This document shows, one piece after another, positions 9,992 to 18,871 of a DNA stretch of 64,000 nucleotides. The stretch's first letter is position 1. Each line of letters starts with the position of its first letter. The position numbers and the translations under genes were made by a program. The notes below the pieces were generated by a model. It worked only from the letters and a program-made list of their open reading frames with translations. It was not told the DNA's origin and ran no database searches. The DNA is from an uncultured Clostridia bacterium. Lineage in GTDB: Bacteria; Bacillota; Clostridia; Christensenellales; QALW01. The stretch lies in the NCBI GenBank assembly GCA_934465535.1, contig CAKSKV010000001.1:167974-231973 (forward strand), given 5' to 3'.

Positions 9992-11112
9992 TGTATTTTG
10001 ACAACTGCGCAACGACGCAGGTTTTTGATGCGGCTGCGGATACGGCGCTGAGATTTATGAAAAGGGATTATTTCAACAGCTCCGCACCGTATACGGCGGC
10101 GCTTTTTAATGAAAAGGAGCTGCAGCGCGCACGCAGCGCGGCGGCGGCCACCATCGGAGCCGGCGAAAAGGAGCTGTTCTTTACATCGGGGGGGACGGAG
10201 AGCGACAACACTGTGCTTTTCGGTGCGATTTCAAGGCAGCGGGATCGCATTTTGATATCTGCAACCGAACATCCGGCGGTATATGAGGCCGCAATGAGGA
10301 TGAAAACGCGCGCTGCAAGGATAACGGTGCTGCCGGTTGACGGAAACGGCGTTGTAAGCGCACAGGCACTGGAAAATGAATTGGATGATAAATGCGCGCT
10401 TGTAAGCATAATGCATGTAAACAACGAAACGGGGGTTATAAACCCCATAAAGGAGCTGGCGGAGCTGACGCACAGGCTGTCTCCGGGATGCATATTCCAC
10501 AGCGACGGGGTACAGGCGCATATGCGCATAAAGGTAAATGTAAAAGAGCTGGGCGTGGATGCATATTCCGTGAGTGCGCACAAGGTGCATGCCCCAAAGG
10601 GGGTGGGCGCACTGTATGTGGCGCGGGGAACGCGCATTGAACGGCTTTTTGAAGGCGGCGGGCAGCAGGACGGCTTCAGGTCCGGCACGGTGAATCTGCC
10701 GGGGATAGCGGCGTACGCAGCGGCGCTTAAGGAATTTGAGGATGTCCGCGCCGTTGACAGAATAAAAGAAATAAAGAATATATTCCTTACGGAGCTTAAG
10801 GGCTGTGTTATAAATTCAGCGGGGGCGCAGACGGCGCCGCACATTGTAAGCGCGGCATTTCCGGGGCTTCAGGCTTCCACGCTGCAGAATGCGCTGGAGG
10901 AAGCGGGAGTGATCGTGGGAAAGGGCAGCGCATGCTCCTCGCGCAGCAGCCGTATTTCAAGAACGATGGAAAGCATGGGGCTTGATAGAAGTATTGCACA
11001 GGGAACGGTGCGCATAGGAATAGGCGCGCTTAACACAAAGGATGAGGCGGCGCAGGCGTGCCGGATTATAAACGAAATTTCCGCAGGATTGTTGAGGTTC
11101 AAAAGAAGATGA
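9988..11112 (+). CDS. cysteine desulfurase (NifS/IscS family, class V aminotransferase)
   Basis: PLP-dependent desulfurase motifs (SAHK, GSACSS); ATGA overlap with thiI. Confidence 0.85.
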   Translation: MMYFDNCATTQVFDAAADTALRFMKRDYFNSSAPYTAALFNEKELQRARSAAAATIGAGEKELFFTSGGTESDNTVLFGAISRQRDRILISATEHPAVYEAAMRMKTRAARITVLPVDGNGVVSAQALENELDDKCALVSIMHVNNETGVINPIKELAELTHRLSPGCIFHSDGVQAHMRIKVNVKELGVDAYSVSAHKVHAPKGVGALYVARGTRIERLFEGGGQQDGFRSGTVNLPGIAAYAAALKEFEDVRAVDRIKEIKNIFLTELKGCVINSAGAQTAPHIVSAAFPGLQASTLQNALEEAGVIVGKGSACSSRSSRISRTMESMGLDRSIAQGTVRIGIGALNTKDEAAQACRIINEISAGLLRFKRR

Positions 11113-12281
11113 GCAGCTGTATATTGGTAAAGGTGGGAGAGGTGCACTTAAAGGGACTTAACCGCCCGTATTTTGAAAAAAAGCTTGCAGAGCACATCAG
11201 GGCGGCGGTGCGCCCCTTCGGCGGCAAGGTGAACAGCGCACAGAGCAGAATATATGTGCATAATATAAGCGATGAGAATATGGAGGCGGCAACGGAGCGC
11301 CTGCGCAGGGTGTTCGGAATTCATGCGCTTTCGGTGGCAACCGAGGCGGAAAAGGATATTGACGCGCTATGCAAAGCCGTGATTGAGGTGATGGCGCAGC
11401 AGGGAATAACCAAGGGCAGCTTCAAGATAAAGGCGCGCAGAAGCGATAAGCGCTTCCCCATGGAATCGCCGGAGATATGCGCGCATATCGGCGGGGCTGT
11501 ATTGGAGGCGTATCCCGAGATGAAGGTGGATGTGCATGATCCGCAGCACACGATAGAGGTGGAGATACGGGAAAAGGCGTACATATATGCCTCCAGTATT
11601 CCCGCCGTGGGCGGCATGCCGGTGGGCACAAACGGAAAGGCGATGCTGCTGCTTTCCGGAGGCATTGACAGCCCGGTAGCGGGATATATGATAGCCAAAC
11701 GCGGCGTGGTGCTTGAGGCGGTGCATTTTCACAGCTTCCCGCACACATCGGAGCGGGCAAAGCAGAAGGTTATTGATTTGGCAAGGGAGCTTTCGGCTTA
11801 CTGCGGCCCGATAAGGCTGCATATTGTAAGCTTTACAAAGCTTCAGGAGGCGATATACAATAACTGCCCGGATAAGACCATTACGGTGGTAATGCGGCGG
11901 TACATGATGCGTATAGCACAGCAGATAGCAAAGCAGAACGGCGCGGCCGCGCTTATTACGGGGGAGAGCATAGGCCAGGTGGCAAGCCAGACCATGGAGA
12001 GCCTGTGCTGCACTGATGCGGTAACGGATATTCCGGTGTTCCGTCCGCTTATAGGCATGGACAAGCTGGAAATTATGAACAGAGCCGAGGAAATAGGTAC
12101 ATATAAAACCTCCATTTTGCCCTATGAGGATTGCTGTACGGTGTTTACGCCCAGGCATCCGGTTACACATCCCACATTAGAGCTTATGGAGGAGGCGGAG
12201 AAATGCTTTGACGGGCAGGAAATGCTTAAAGAGGCGATAGAAACCGCAGAGCTTATGGAGATACGCCCGGAGCAGGCCTGA
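11109..12281 (+). CDS. thiI: tRNA 4-thiouridine synthase ThiI
   Basis: THUMP + PP-loop (SGGIDSPVA) ; canonical nifS-thiI pairing. Confidence 0.85.
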   Translation: MSSCILVKVGEVHLKGLNRPYFEKKLAEHIRAAVRPFGGKVNSAQSRIYVHNISDENMEAATERLRRVFGIHALSVATEAEKDIDALCKAVIEVMAQQGITKGSFKIKARRSDKRFPMESPEICAHIGGAVLEAYPEMKVDVHDPQHTIEVEIREKAYIYASSIPAVGGMPVGTNGKAMLLLSGGIDSPVAGYMIAKRGVVLEAVHFHSFPHTSERAKQKVIDLARELSAYCGPIRLHIVSFTKLQEAIYNNCPDKTITVVMRRYMMRIAQQIAKQNGAAALITGESIGQVASQTMESLCCTDAVTDIPVFRPLIGMDKLEIMNRAEEIGTYKTSILPYEDCCTVFTPRHPVTHPTLELMEEAEKCFDGQEMLKEAIETAELMEIRPEQA

Positions 12282-12562
12282 TACGGTGCTTTTCGGCAAA
12301 AATGAAGGCGCGTAAGGGGCTGCTGATTGTGCAAAACGGAAGCCTCTGCCGGGTGCCTTTTAATAGAGAAATAAATCATGGTGTTATTGATATGCGCTTT
12401 GAAAGCATTCGGCTTTCGGGCGCATATTCTTTTACGCAGCGGCGGTGTGTTTTGCACAACAGCGTTTTTCGGGATATTACAAGCTATACAATAATCGGGC
12501 GCGGGCAAGGCGGAAGAATGCTCGTGCTGAGGAGGTGCCAAGCGGCGCAAAGGCCGCGAGGA

Positions 12563-14908
12563 TTATCCGGCGCGCACAAGTCTGCTGGCCTTGCCCAAAA
12601 GCGGTGAGCCGTCGGCGGCGGTGATCTCCGCATGCTCGGAAACGGCATAATAGCGGGCAGAAGCATCGGCGGTATCCAAAAGAGAAAGCGTTTCGCCGCT
12701 TTTGCCGCGCAGCACGCCTATAAGCCTGTGATTGCCGTTTTCCGTTCTGTATATGCGGTAGAGAGTGTAGGAATTGCGCGCGGTTATGGTTACGGTATTG
12801 CCGTTTTCGCCGTGCAGGGCAAAGATATCGCAGGCCTCCGGGGCGCGGTAATAGGAGGAGTAGTTCTGCGGCCGGGTGTCGTTTGTGAAAAGCTCCGTTA
12901 TTCTGTTTTCCTTGGGTGTAAGATCGGTTGCCAGCTCAAGAGAGCCTCGCAAGAGCGCTCGTGCATCAAGCGTGGCGCGGACTATGCCGTCGGGGACGCG
13001 GTCCGGCTCGGGGGCGCAGCGGCTGCGCGAAAAGGCGAACAGCCGCGCTGCCATTTCGGACGGATATTTGCTGCCGGTTGCGCTGTCGGGCAGGCAGTGA
13101 GCATCATCCGTGGTGTCAAAGCCCTGCCATATGGCAACTGTCAGCCGGCTGTCATATGCTGCCACCCATATATCCGAGTTTGTATCTGCGCTGCGGGATG
13201 CGGTGCCGGTTTTGGCGCTGACCCCGTTTAGGGCAGAAAGGGGGCTTCCCGGCTTTTTTGCGGCGTCTTTTAATATATCGCTGATGATATATGCCGTTTG
13301 CGGTGAAAACACACGCTTTTGCTCGCCTGCGGCGCGCTTATAGAGCACCGTGCCGTCTGCCGAGGTTACCTTGCGGACAAAATATGGGGAGGCACGCAGT
13401 CCGCCTGCTGCAAGGCATTGATAGGCGGAGGCAGCCTCCATGGGGCTTATGCCGTAGGTAAAGCCGCCCAGCGCCAGTGCAAGCCCGTTATCGGCAGGGT
13501 CGAAGGTTATGCCCAGAAGGCGGGCATAACTTTTTGCGACATCGATTCCGCAGGAGGAGAGTATTTCCACGGCGGGAACATTCAGGGATTTTACAAGGGC
13601 AGTGCGTGCGGTTACCGCGCCGTAGTATTTATCGTGAAAATTATTCGGGCTGTAACCGTCAAAATCTTTTTTTTCATCAACAAAAACCGTAGCGGCGGTG
13701 ATTTTTCCGGTTTCCAGCGCGGGGGCATATACAAGCAGCGGCTTTATCACGGAGCCTGGACGGCGGCGGGCGGAAACGGCGCGGTTAAAGCACAATCGCG
13801 CGCAATAGCTGCGTCCTCCCTCCAATGCAAGCACGGCGCCGGTTTTTGAATCAAGACACACGGCGGCGCATTCCGTCTGCGCGGAAGGAAAGAGAGAATC
13901 CTCCTTAAGCAGACCGCTGAGGGTGTCGGCAAGCCCGGAGTCAAGAGTGGTGTATATGGAATAGCCGCCGGAGAGCAGCTCGTCTGCGGAAAGCGAGGTG
14001 AGGACAGCGGCACTTTGCAGTGCACAATCGGCATAGTAGCCGTAGTTGTAGTCAAAATATGAGCATGGAACGGTTTCAAGCGGTGTTTTAAGCGCAAAAT
14101 TAAGAGCGGCAAGGTCGATCAGACCGTTTTTGTACATAAGCTGAAGCACGGTGTTGCGGCGGCTTGTGCAGGCGCTTGGGTGCGCGGGGGAATAAAGCGA
14201 CGGGGCCTTAACCGTGGCTGCAAGGGCGGCGGATTCGGGAAGGGTAAGTTCGGAGGCACTTTTGTTAAAGTATGTCCGCGCGGCGGCTTCTATGCCGTAA
14301 GCGCCGTTTCCGAAATACACATAATTGAGGTACATCTGCATTATTTCCTCTTTTGAAAAGCGGGCTTCCAACTGACAGGCAAGCAACGCCTCCTGTATTT
14401 TTCTCGAAAGCTTTTTTGTGCCGGAAAGATGACTGTTTTTTATCAGCTGCTGCGTGATGGTGCTGCCGCCCTGTTTGTAGCTGCCGGATTTTATATCCGT
14501 TAAGGCCGCTGCGAATATGCGGCGCAGGTCTATGCCGTTATGGCTGTAAAAGCGGGCATCCTCCGCTGCGACAAAGGCATTTTTTACATCTGGGGGAAGC
14601 TCGGAGAGTTCGATGAATATCCGGCGCTGACTGCCGCTTGCGGTAAGGGCCAGTTCGTCGTCGGAGTCGTAAATGCGCAGGCTTTCCGGAATATCGGTTA
14701 TTGCCTGAGGTGAGAGATCCACCATGGGAAAATTTTTGAAAAACAAAAGCAGCGCAAGGAGAACAAACGCTGTTATGCACAGATAGACAAGCAGCAGCTT
14801 TATAAAAAATGCTGCGCCGATATCGCCGTACAGGACGCAGGAGCAGTCCGTTTGAGTATTTGCGCCGTTTGCGCGGGATAAATATGTTTTTTTGCGAGGC
14901 TGTTTCAT
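12563..14908 (-). CDS. class A penicillin-binding protein (transglycosylase + transpeptidase)
   Basis: GT51 motifs (EDARFYSHNGID, GGSTITQQ), SxxK (SVIKP), KTGT; N-terminal TM anchor. Confidence 0.85.
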   Translation of the reverse strand: MKQPRKKTYLSRANGANTQTDCSCVLYGDIGAAFFIKLLLVYLCITAFVLLALLLFFKNFPMVDLSPQAITDIPESLRIYDSDDELALTASGSQRRIFIELSELPPDVKNAFVAAEDARFYSHNGIDLRRIFAAALTDIKSGSYKQGGSTITQQLIKNSHLSGTKKLSRKIQEALLACQLEARFSKEEIMQMYLNYVYFGNGAYGIEAAARTYFNKSASELTLPESAALAATVKAPSLYSPAHPSACTSRRNTVLQLMYKNGLIDLAALNFALKTPLETVPCSYFDYNYGYYADCALQSAAVLTSLSADELLSGGYSIYTTLDSGLADTLSGLLKEDSLFPSAQTECAAVCLDSKTGAVLALEGGRSYCARLCFNRAVSARRRPGSVIKPLLVYAPALETGKITAATVFVDEKKDFDGYSPNNFHDKYYGAVTARTALVKSLNVPAVEILSSCGIDVAKSYARLLGITFDPADNGLALALGGFTYGISPMEAASAYQCLAAGGLRASPYFVRKVTSADGTVLYKRAAGEQKRVFSPQTAYIISDILKDAAKKPGSPLSALNGVSAKTGTASRSADTNSDIWVAAYDSRLTVAIWQGFDTTDDAHCLPDSATGSKYPSEMAARLFAFSRSRCAPEPDRVPDGIVRATLDARALLRGSLELATDLTPKENRITELFTNDTRPQNYSSYYRAPEACDIFALHGENGNTVTITARNSYTLYRIYRTENGNHRLIGVLRGKSGETLSLLDTADASARYYAVSEHAEITAADGSPLLGKASRLVRAG

Positions 14909-15070
14909 CTTCCACCGTCCGTACAGAATTTTTCCGTATTATTATGCCCGTATAGCGGATTTTTTTGCACAGGAATGTATTATGATGTGCTTTTGCGCCG
15001 AATATTGCTTCGGAAAAGGCGGGCGCGGCGGAATTTAAGCGATGCAGGCGGCTGTTTTGACGGTTTGCAC

Positions 15071-15099
15071 TTTACCTTGACGGAATTTTTTGCTATAAT
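15071..15099 (+). promoter_or_regulatory. candidate sigma-A promoter for rlmD-like gene (TTTACC-17-TGcTATAAT)
   Basis: sequence match only. Confidence 0.4.
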
Positions 15100-15177
15100 T
15101 TAAGCTGTATATACATACACGGAGTAAGGGTACCGTATGTTTTGCGGATGTATCCGCGCTGAAAGGTTTGGGACTAT

Positions 15178-16542
15178 ATGAAAAAGAATGAAGAAGTGCT
15201 TCTTACGGTGGACAGCATGGCAAATACGGGGGCAGGGGTTGCCCGCAATGATTCCATGGTGGTTTTTGTGCCCGGCGCGCTGCCGGGCGAAACGGTAAGG
15301 GCGCGGATAATAAAGGTAAATAAGAACTATTGCATAGGGCGGCTTGAGCAAATAATTACGCCTTCGCCCCACAGACGGGAGCCTGCATGCAAATATTTCG
15401 GGCGCTGCGGAGGGTGCGTTATGCAGCATCTGGAATACAAGGCGCAGCTGGAGTCCAAGAAAAAGGAAACGGAGCAGGTGCTCAGGCGCATATCCGGGCT
15501 GCCCTTTGAGGTGAGCGATATAATGGGGATGTACGATCCGTATCACTACCGCAACAAGGCGATACTGCCTATCGGCAGGGATGAAAACGGCAATATAGCA
15601 ATAGGCTTTTATGCTTCAAGAAGCCACAAGATAATTGATATGGACAGCTGCGCCATTCAGAGCATGGATATAAAGCCATTTGTTCAGGCGGTAAAGAGGC
15701 TTGCGGAAAGCACGGGAACCACCGTTTATGACGAGGTGAAGCATTGCGGCTCGCTGCGGCAGCTTATGCTTAGACGAAGCATTATAAAGGGCGATATCAT
15801 GGCGGTGCTGGTGGTAAATGAGGAGCTTAAGCAGCCGGAAATGTGGGCAAAGGGTCTGCTTGAGGCAGGAGCGTGCAGTGTTTGGAAGGATATAAACACG
15901 GAAAAAGGCAATATCGTGCTTTCGTCCAAATGCGAATTCATGGCGGGCAGAGAGGATTTTGAGGATGATATCGCCGGGGTTCACTTCAATCTTTCGCCGC
16001 TGTCCTTTCTTCAGGTAAATCACCTTCAGGCGGCGGTGCTTTACGGAATTGCAACCCTTTACGGAGGGCGGCGGGACGATTCCGTACTGGTGGATGCCTA
16101 TTGCGGTACCGGAATACTTACGCAGATAATGGCAAGGTTCTGCGGCCGTGCGGTGGGGGTGGAGATAGTGCCGGATGCCGTGGAGGATGCCCGAAGAAAT
16201 GCGCTTAAAAACGGAGTGAAAAATGTTGAATTCATTCAAGGGGACTGCGCAAAGGAGCTGCCCTCCCTTATAAAGCGGCTGGGCGATGTAAAGGTGCTTA
16301 TTCTGGATCCTCCGAGGGCGGGCTGCGACAGTGCGATACTGGAGGCGCTTACGGAAAACCCGATAGAGCGCGTGATATACATATCCTGCGACCCGGCAAC
16401 GCTTGCGCGGGATGCCGCAGTGCTGGCGCGGGGCGGATACAGCCTGGGGCAGACCAAATGTGTGGATATGTTCCCCCAAACGGCGCACATAGAAACCATC
16501 TGTTATTTTGATTATAAAAAAGAGCGGGACTGGGCTGTGTGA
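15178..16542 (+). CDS. 23S rRNA (uracil-C5)-methyltransferase RlmD/RumA family
   Basis: TRAM domain, 4Fe-4S Cys cluster (CKYFGRCGGC), SAM MTase fold. Confidence 0.8.
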   Translation: MKKNEEVLLTVDSMANTGAGVARNDSMVVFVPGALPGETVRARIIKVNKNYCIGRLEQIITPSPHRREPACKYFGRCGGCVMQHLEYKAQLESKKKETEQVLRRISGLPFEVSDIMGMYDPYHYRNKAILPIGRDENGNIAIGFYASRSHKIIDMDSCAIQSMDIKPFVQAVKRLAESTGTTVYDEVKHCGSLRQLMLRRSIIKGDIMAVLVVNEELKQPEMWAKGLLEAGACSVWKDINTEKGNIVLSSKCEFMAGREDFEDDIAGVHFNLSPLSFLQVNHLQAAVLYGIATLYGGRRDDSVLVDAYCGTGILTQIMARFCGRAVGVEIVPDAVEDARRNALKNGVKNVEFIQGDCAKELPSLIKRLGDVKVLILDPPRAGCDSAILEALTENPIERVIYISCDPATLARDAAVLARGGYSLGQTKCVDMFPQTAHIETICYFDYKKERDWAV

Positions 16543-16638
16543 TGCGCGCAGAAGGGGAAGAATGCGTATTTTGGGCGCACTGAGCGCGGTACGGGTATAA
16601 GGGCAGCAAACGGCAAAGAACTTAAGGGGGAAAAACAA

Positions 16639-17799
16639 ATGGCGGGAATGTCGTGGGAGCAATATTACGAAGGCTTTTATGAGTGGAGTTTCGGCACGCA
16701 GCGGCGCTATCTTGCGCGTCTTGAAAGCTACGGCAGCGGCGCGCAGACTGCGGAAATAGCCGCAGAGCTGGCAGATGCCGGCGACGGGGGACCGGCAGCG
16801 GCGAAACGGCTTATCACGCGCGCGGCGGAAAACGGAGTGTGCTTTACGGCAGAGGATATTATTGAAATGGCTGAGGTCAATATAGAGGAGGATACATTAA
16901 AGTATGCTCTTGCGACAGTGCGCGAGCCGTTTACAGGTGGCCAAATAGTTACTCTTTCAGATTATTTTGATGAAGATGTGCTGGAAAAGCTTATTAAGGA
17001 CAAGCGGGGCGGTTTGACGCCGGAAGAGATGAGCAGTATAGATGACAGAGATATGGCGGACGGAAAGCTGGCAAGAGCCATGGCGGCGGCGGAGCCGCGG
17101 CTTTCACCGGTACAGATTTCGGCGTTAATGTATGCGCTGGATGAAGAAACTCTCTCGCGGGCGGTGACGGAGTCAAAGGAGCCGTTTACGCCGGAGCAGA
17201 TCACGGAGCTTACGGATTATGTGAGCCAAGAAGCACTGAGCGAAGCGGTTATGAGGGCAAAAGAGGCGTTTACGCCCGAGCAGGTGACGAATCTGTTATA
17301 TTATGTGGACGAGGAGGCGCTGTCAAAGGCGGTAAGAAGCACAAAAGCGCCGTTTACGCCCAAGCAGGTTATGGAGCTTGTTGACAATGTGGATGAGGAT
17401 GCGCTTTCAAAGGCCGTAAGAAGCGCAAAAGAGCCGTTCATGCCCAAGCAGGTTATGGAGCTTATTGACAATGTGGACGACGGTGCGCTTTCAAAGGCCG
17501 TAAAAAACACAAATGGAAAATTCACCAAAGCGCAGCGGGAAGAGCTGGAGGACAGCGGCGTCTGCTTTTCAAACGGTATTTTTGAGGACACGGACAGCGG
17601 CAAAGAAGGCGGAGAGCCGGTTCATGAGTTCGGAGGGGGATGTCTGCTTGGCTTGCTGGGTATTTTTCTGAGTTCGTCAAAGAAGGAGGATAGACCATCA
17701 TGCCATGACAGCGCTCCGCACTATGGATACCGCTACGGAAGATGGTATTACGGAAACGATCACAGCTATGGCTGTGAAAAGGAAAAGAAGAAAAAGTAA
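16639..17799 (+). CDS. hypothetical protein with ~8 tandem 28-aa repeats and C-terminal TM/Tyr-Gly-rich tail
   Basis: repeat unit xALSKAVxxxKEPFTPEQVxELxDYVDEE encoded by 84-bp DNA repeats. Confidence 0.55.
   Translation: MAGMSWEQYYEGFYEWSFGTQRRYLARLESYGSGAQTAEIAAELADAGDGGPAAAKRLITRAAENGVCFTAEDIIEMAEVNIEEDTLKYALATVREPFTGGQIVTLSDYFDEDVLEKLIKDKRGGLTPEEMSSIDDRDMADGKLARAMAAAEPRLSPVQISALMYALDEETLSRAVTESKEPFTPEQITELTDYVSQEALSEAVMRAKEAFTPEQVTNLLYYVDEEALSKAVRSTKAPFTPKQVMELVDNVDEDALSKAVRSAKEPFMPKQVMELIDNVDDGALSKAVKNTNGKFTKAQREELEDSGVCFSNGIFEDTDSGKEGGEPVHEFGGGCLLGLLGIFLSSSKKEDRPSCHDSAPHYGYRYGRWYYGNDHSYGCEKEKKKK
16890..17570. repeat. about eight tandem 84-bp repeats inside CDS 16639..17799
   Basis: units starting 17149, 17233, 17317, 17401, 17485; last units ~90% identical. 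Confidence 0.6.
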
Positions 17800-17830
17800 A
17801 CCGGCTTTTGTGAAGCAAAGGAGATAACAT

Positions 17831-18685
17831 ATGCTTTTATCGGTGGAAAACTGGCATACAAGGCGTGCCTTCGGCGATGAGGGAGCGGTGGAGACGATAG
17901 CCCGCGCCGGGTTTGACGGCATTGACTATTCCTTTAACGATATGTTTGACTGGGATGAGGCAATTTTGGCTCCGGGAGCGGCAGGCAGGGCGGAAAAGCT
18001 GCGGCTGTGCGCGGAGAAAAACGGGGTGCGCTTTATTCAGGCGCATGCGCCCTTTCATTTTCTCTACGGAATGGAAATGTCGGAAAGCGAGCGGGAGTTT
18101 TACAGCATAGTGCGCGCGATGGAGCATGCATCGTGGCTGGGCGTGCCGGTAATCGTGGTGCACGGCATAGATGTGCCGGGCTATGTTGATGTGTTTGATT
18201 ATAACGCGCGTTTTTACAATGCGCTTGAACCTTACTGCAGAAGGTTCGGCATAAAGGCGGCGGTGGAAAACCTGTTTGAGTATTATGCCGACGGCACGGT
18301 AACCGGGGTGAAATTCGGCACTGCGCAATCCTATTGCAAAATGATAGATATGCTGGACCCGGAGTGCTTTACGGGATGCGTGGATGTGGGGCATGCATGC
18401 CTTACCGGCAACCGCCCCGGAGACTTTATAAGAAGCGCCGGCAGGCGGGTGGGCTGCTTGCATATGCACTGTAATGACGGTAAGCGGGATATGCATATGC
18501 TGCCCCGTCTGGTGCCGTTTGAATGGGAGGATATTATGAGTGCGCTTGATGAAACGGGATACAGCGGCGCATTTAATTTTGAGCTGATAGGGTATTTGGG
18601 CAGGTTTGAAAAGGAGCTGCTGCCTCAGGCGCTGCAATTTGCCTCTGCGGTGGGGCGCAGGCTTATTGAAATGCGCAGGCAATAG
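17831..18685 (+). CDS. sugar phosphate isomerase/epimerase (xylose isomerase-like TIM barrel)
   Basis: AP endonuclease 2 / TIM-barrel family features. Confidence 0.65.
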   Translation: MLLSVENWHTRRAFGDEGAVETIARAGFDGIDYSFNDMFDWDEAILAPGAAGRAEKLRLCAEKNGVRFIQAHAPFHFLYGMEMSESEREFYSIVRAMEHASWLGVPVIVVHGIDVPGYVDVFDYNARFYNALEPYCRRFGIKAAVENLFEYYADGTVTGVKFGTAQSYCKMIDMLDPECFTGCVDVGHACLTGNRPGDFIRSAGRRVGCLHMHCNDGKRDMHMLPRLVPFEWEDIMSALDETGYSGAFNFELIGYLGRFEKELLPQALQFASAVGRRLIEMRRQ

Positions 18686-18871
18686 CGTAAAGCCGGACAT
18701 ATGATGCGGGGAATATCAGAAATATCCGGCTGCTGATGTTTCGGAGCGTCAACTTAGCTCTTGAAGTATATCCGTATTCATGGTATAATTTATGCCGTAT
18801 TTATATTCGGCATGTGATTTTATGTGTTCCGCCGTGCCGATTACGGGTGCGCGGTCTGAGAAAGGATAAAA

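Noticed and set aside
12282-12562. Possible tRNA or small RNA in the thiI-PBP convergent intergenic region
   Set aside because: No cloverleaf-compatible arms and no conserved tRNA boxes. Only a weak 6-bp hairpin.
12632-13849. Long plus-strand ORFs (199 aa, 176 aa) inside the PBP gene, and similar long antisense ORFs inside dnaK (57619..59205), the 18872 membrane-protein gene (19565..21043) and the polyvalent-like gene (53324..55378)
   Set aside because: These are shadow ORFs typical of high-GC DNA. The opposite-strand genes have strong family signatures and these have none.
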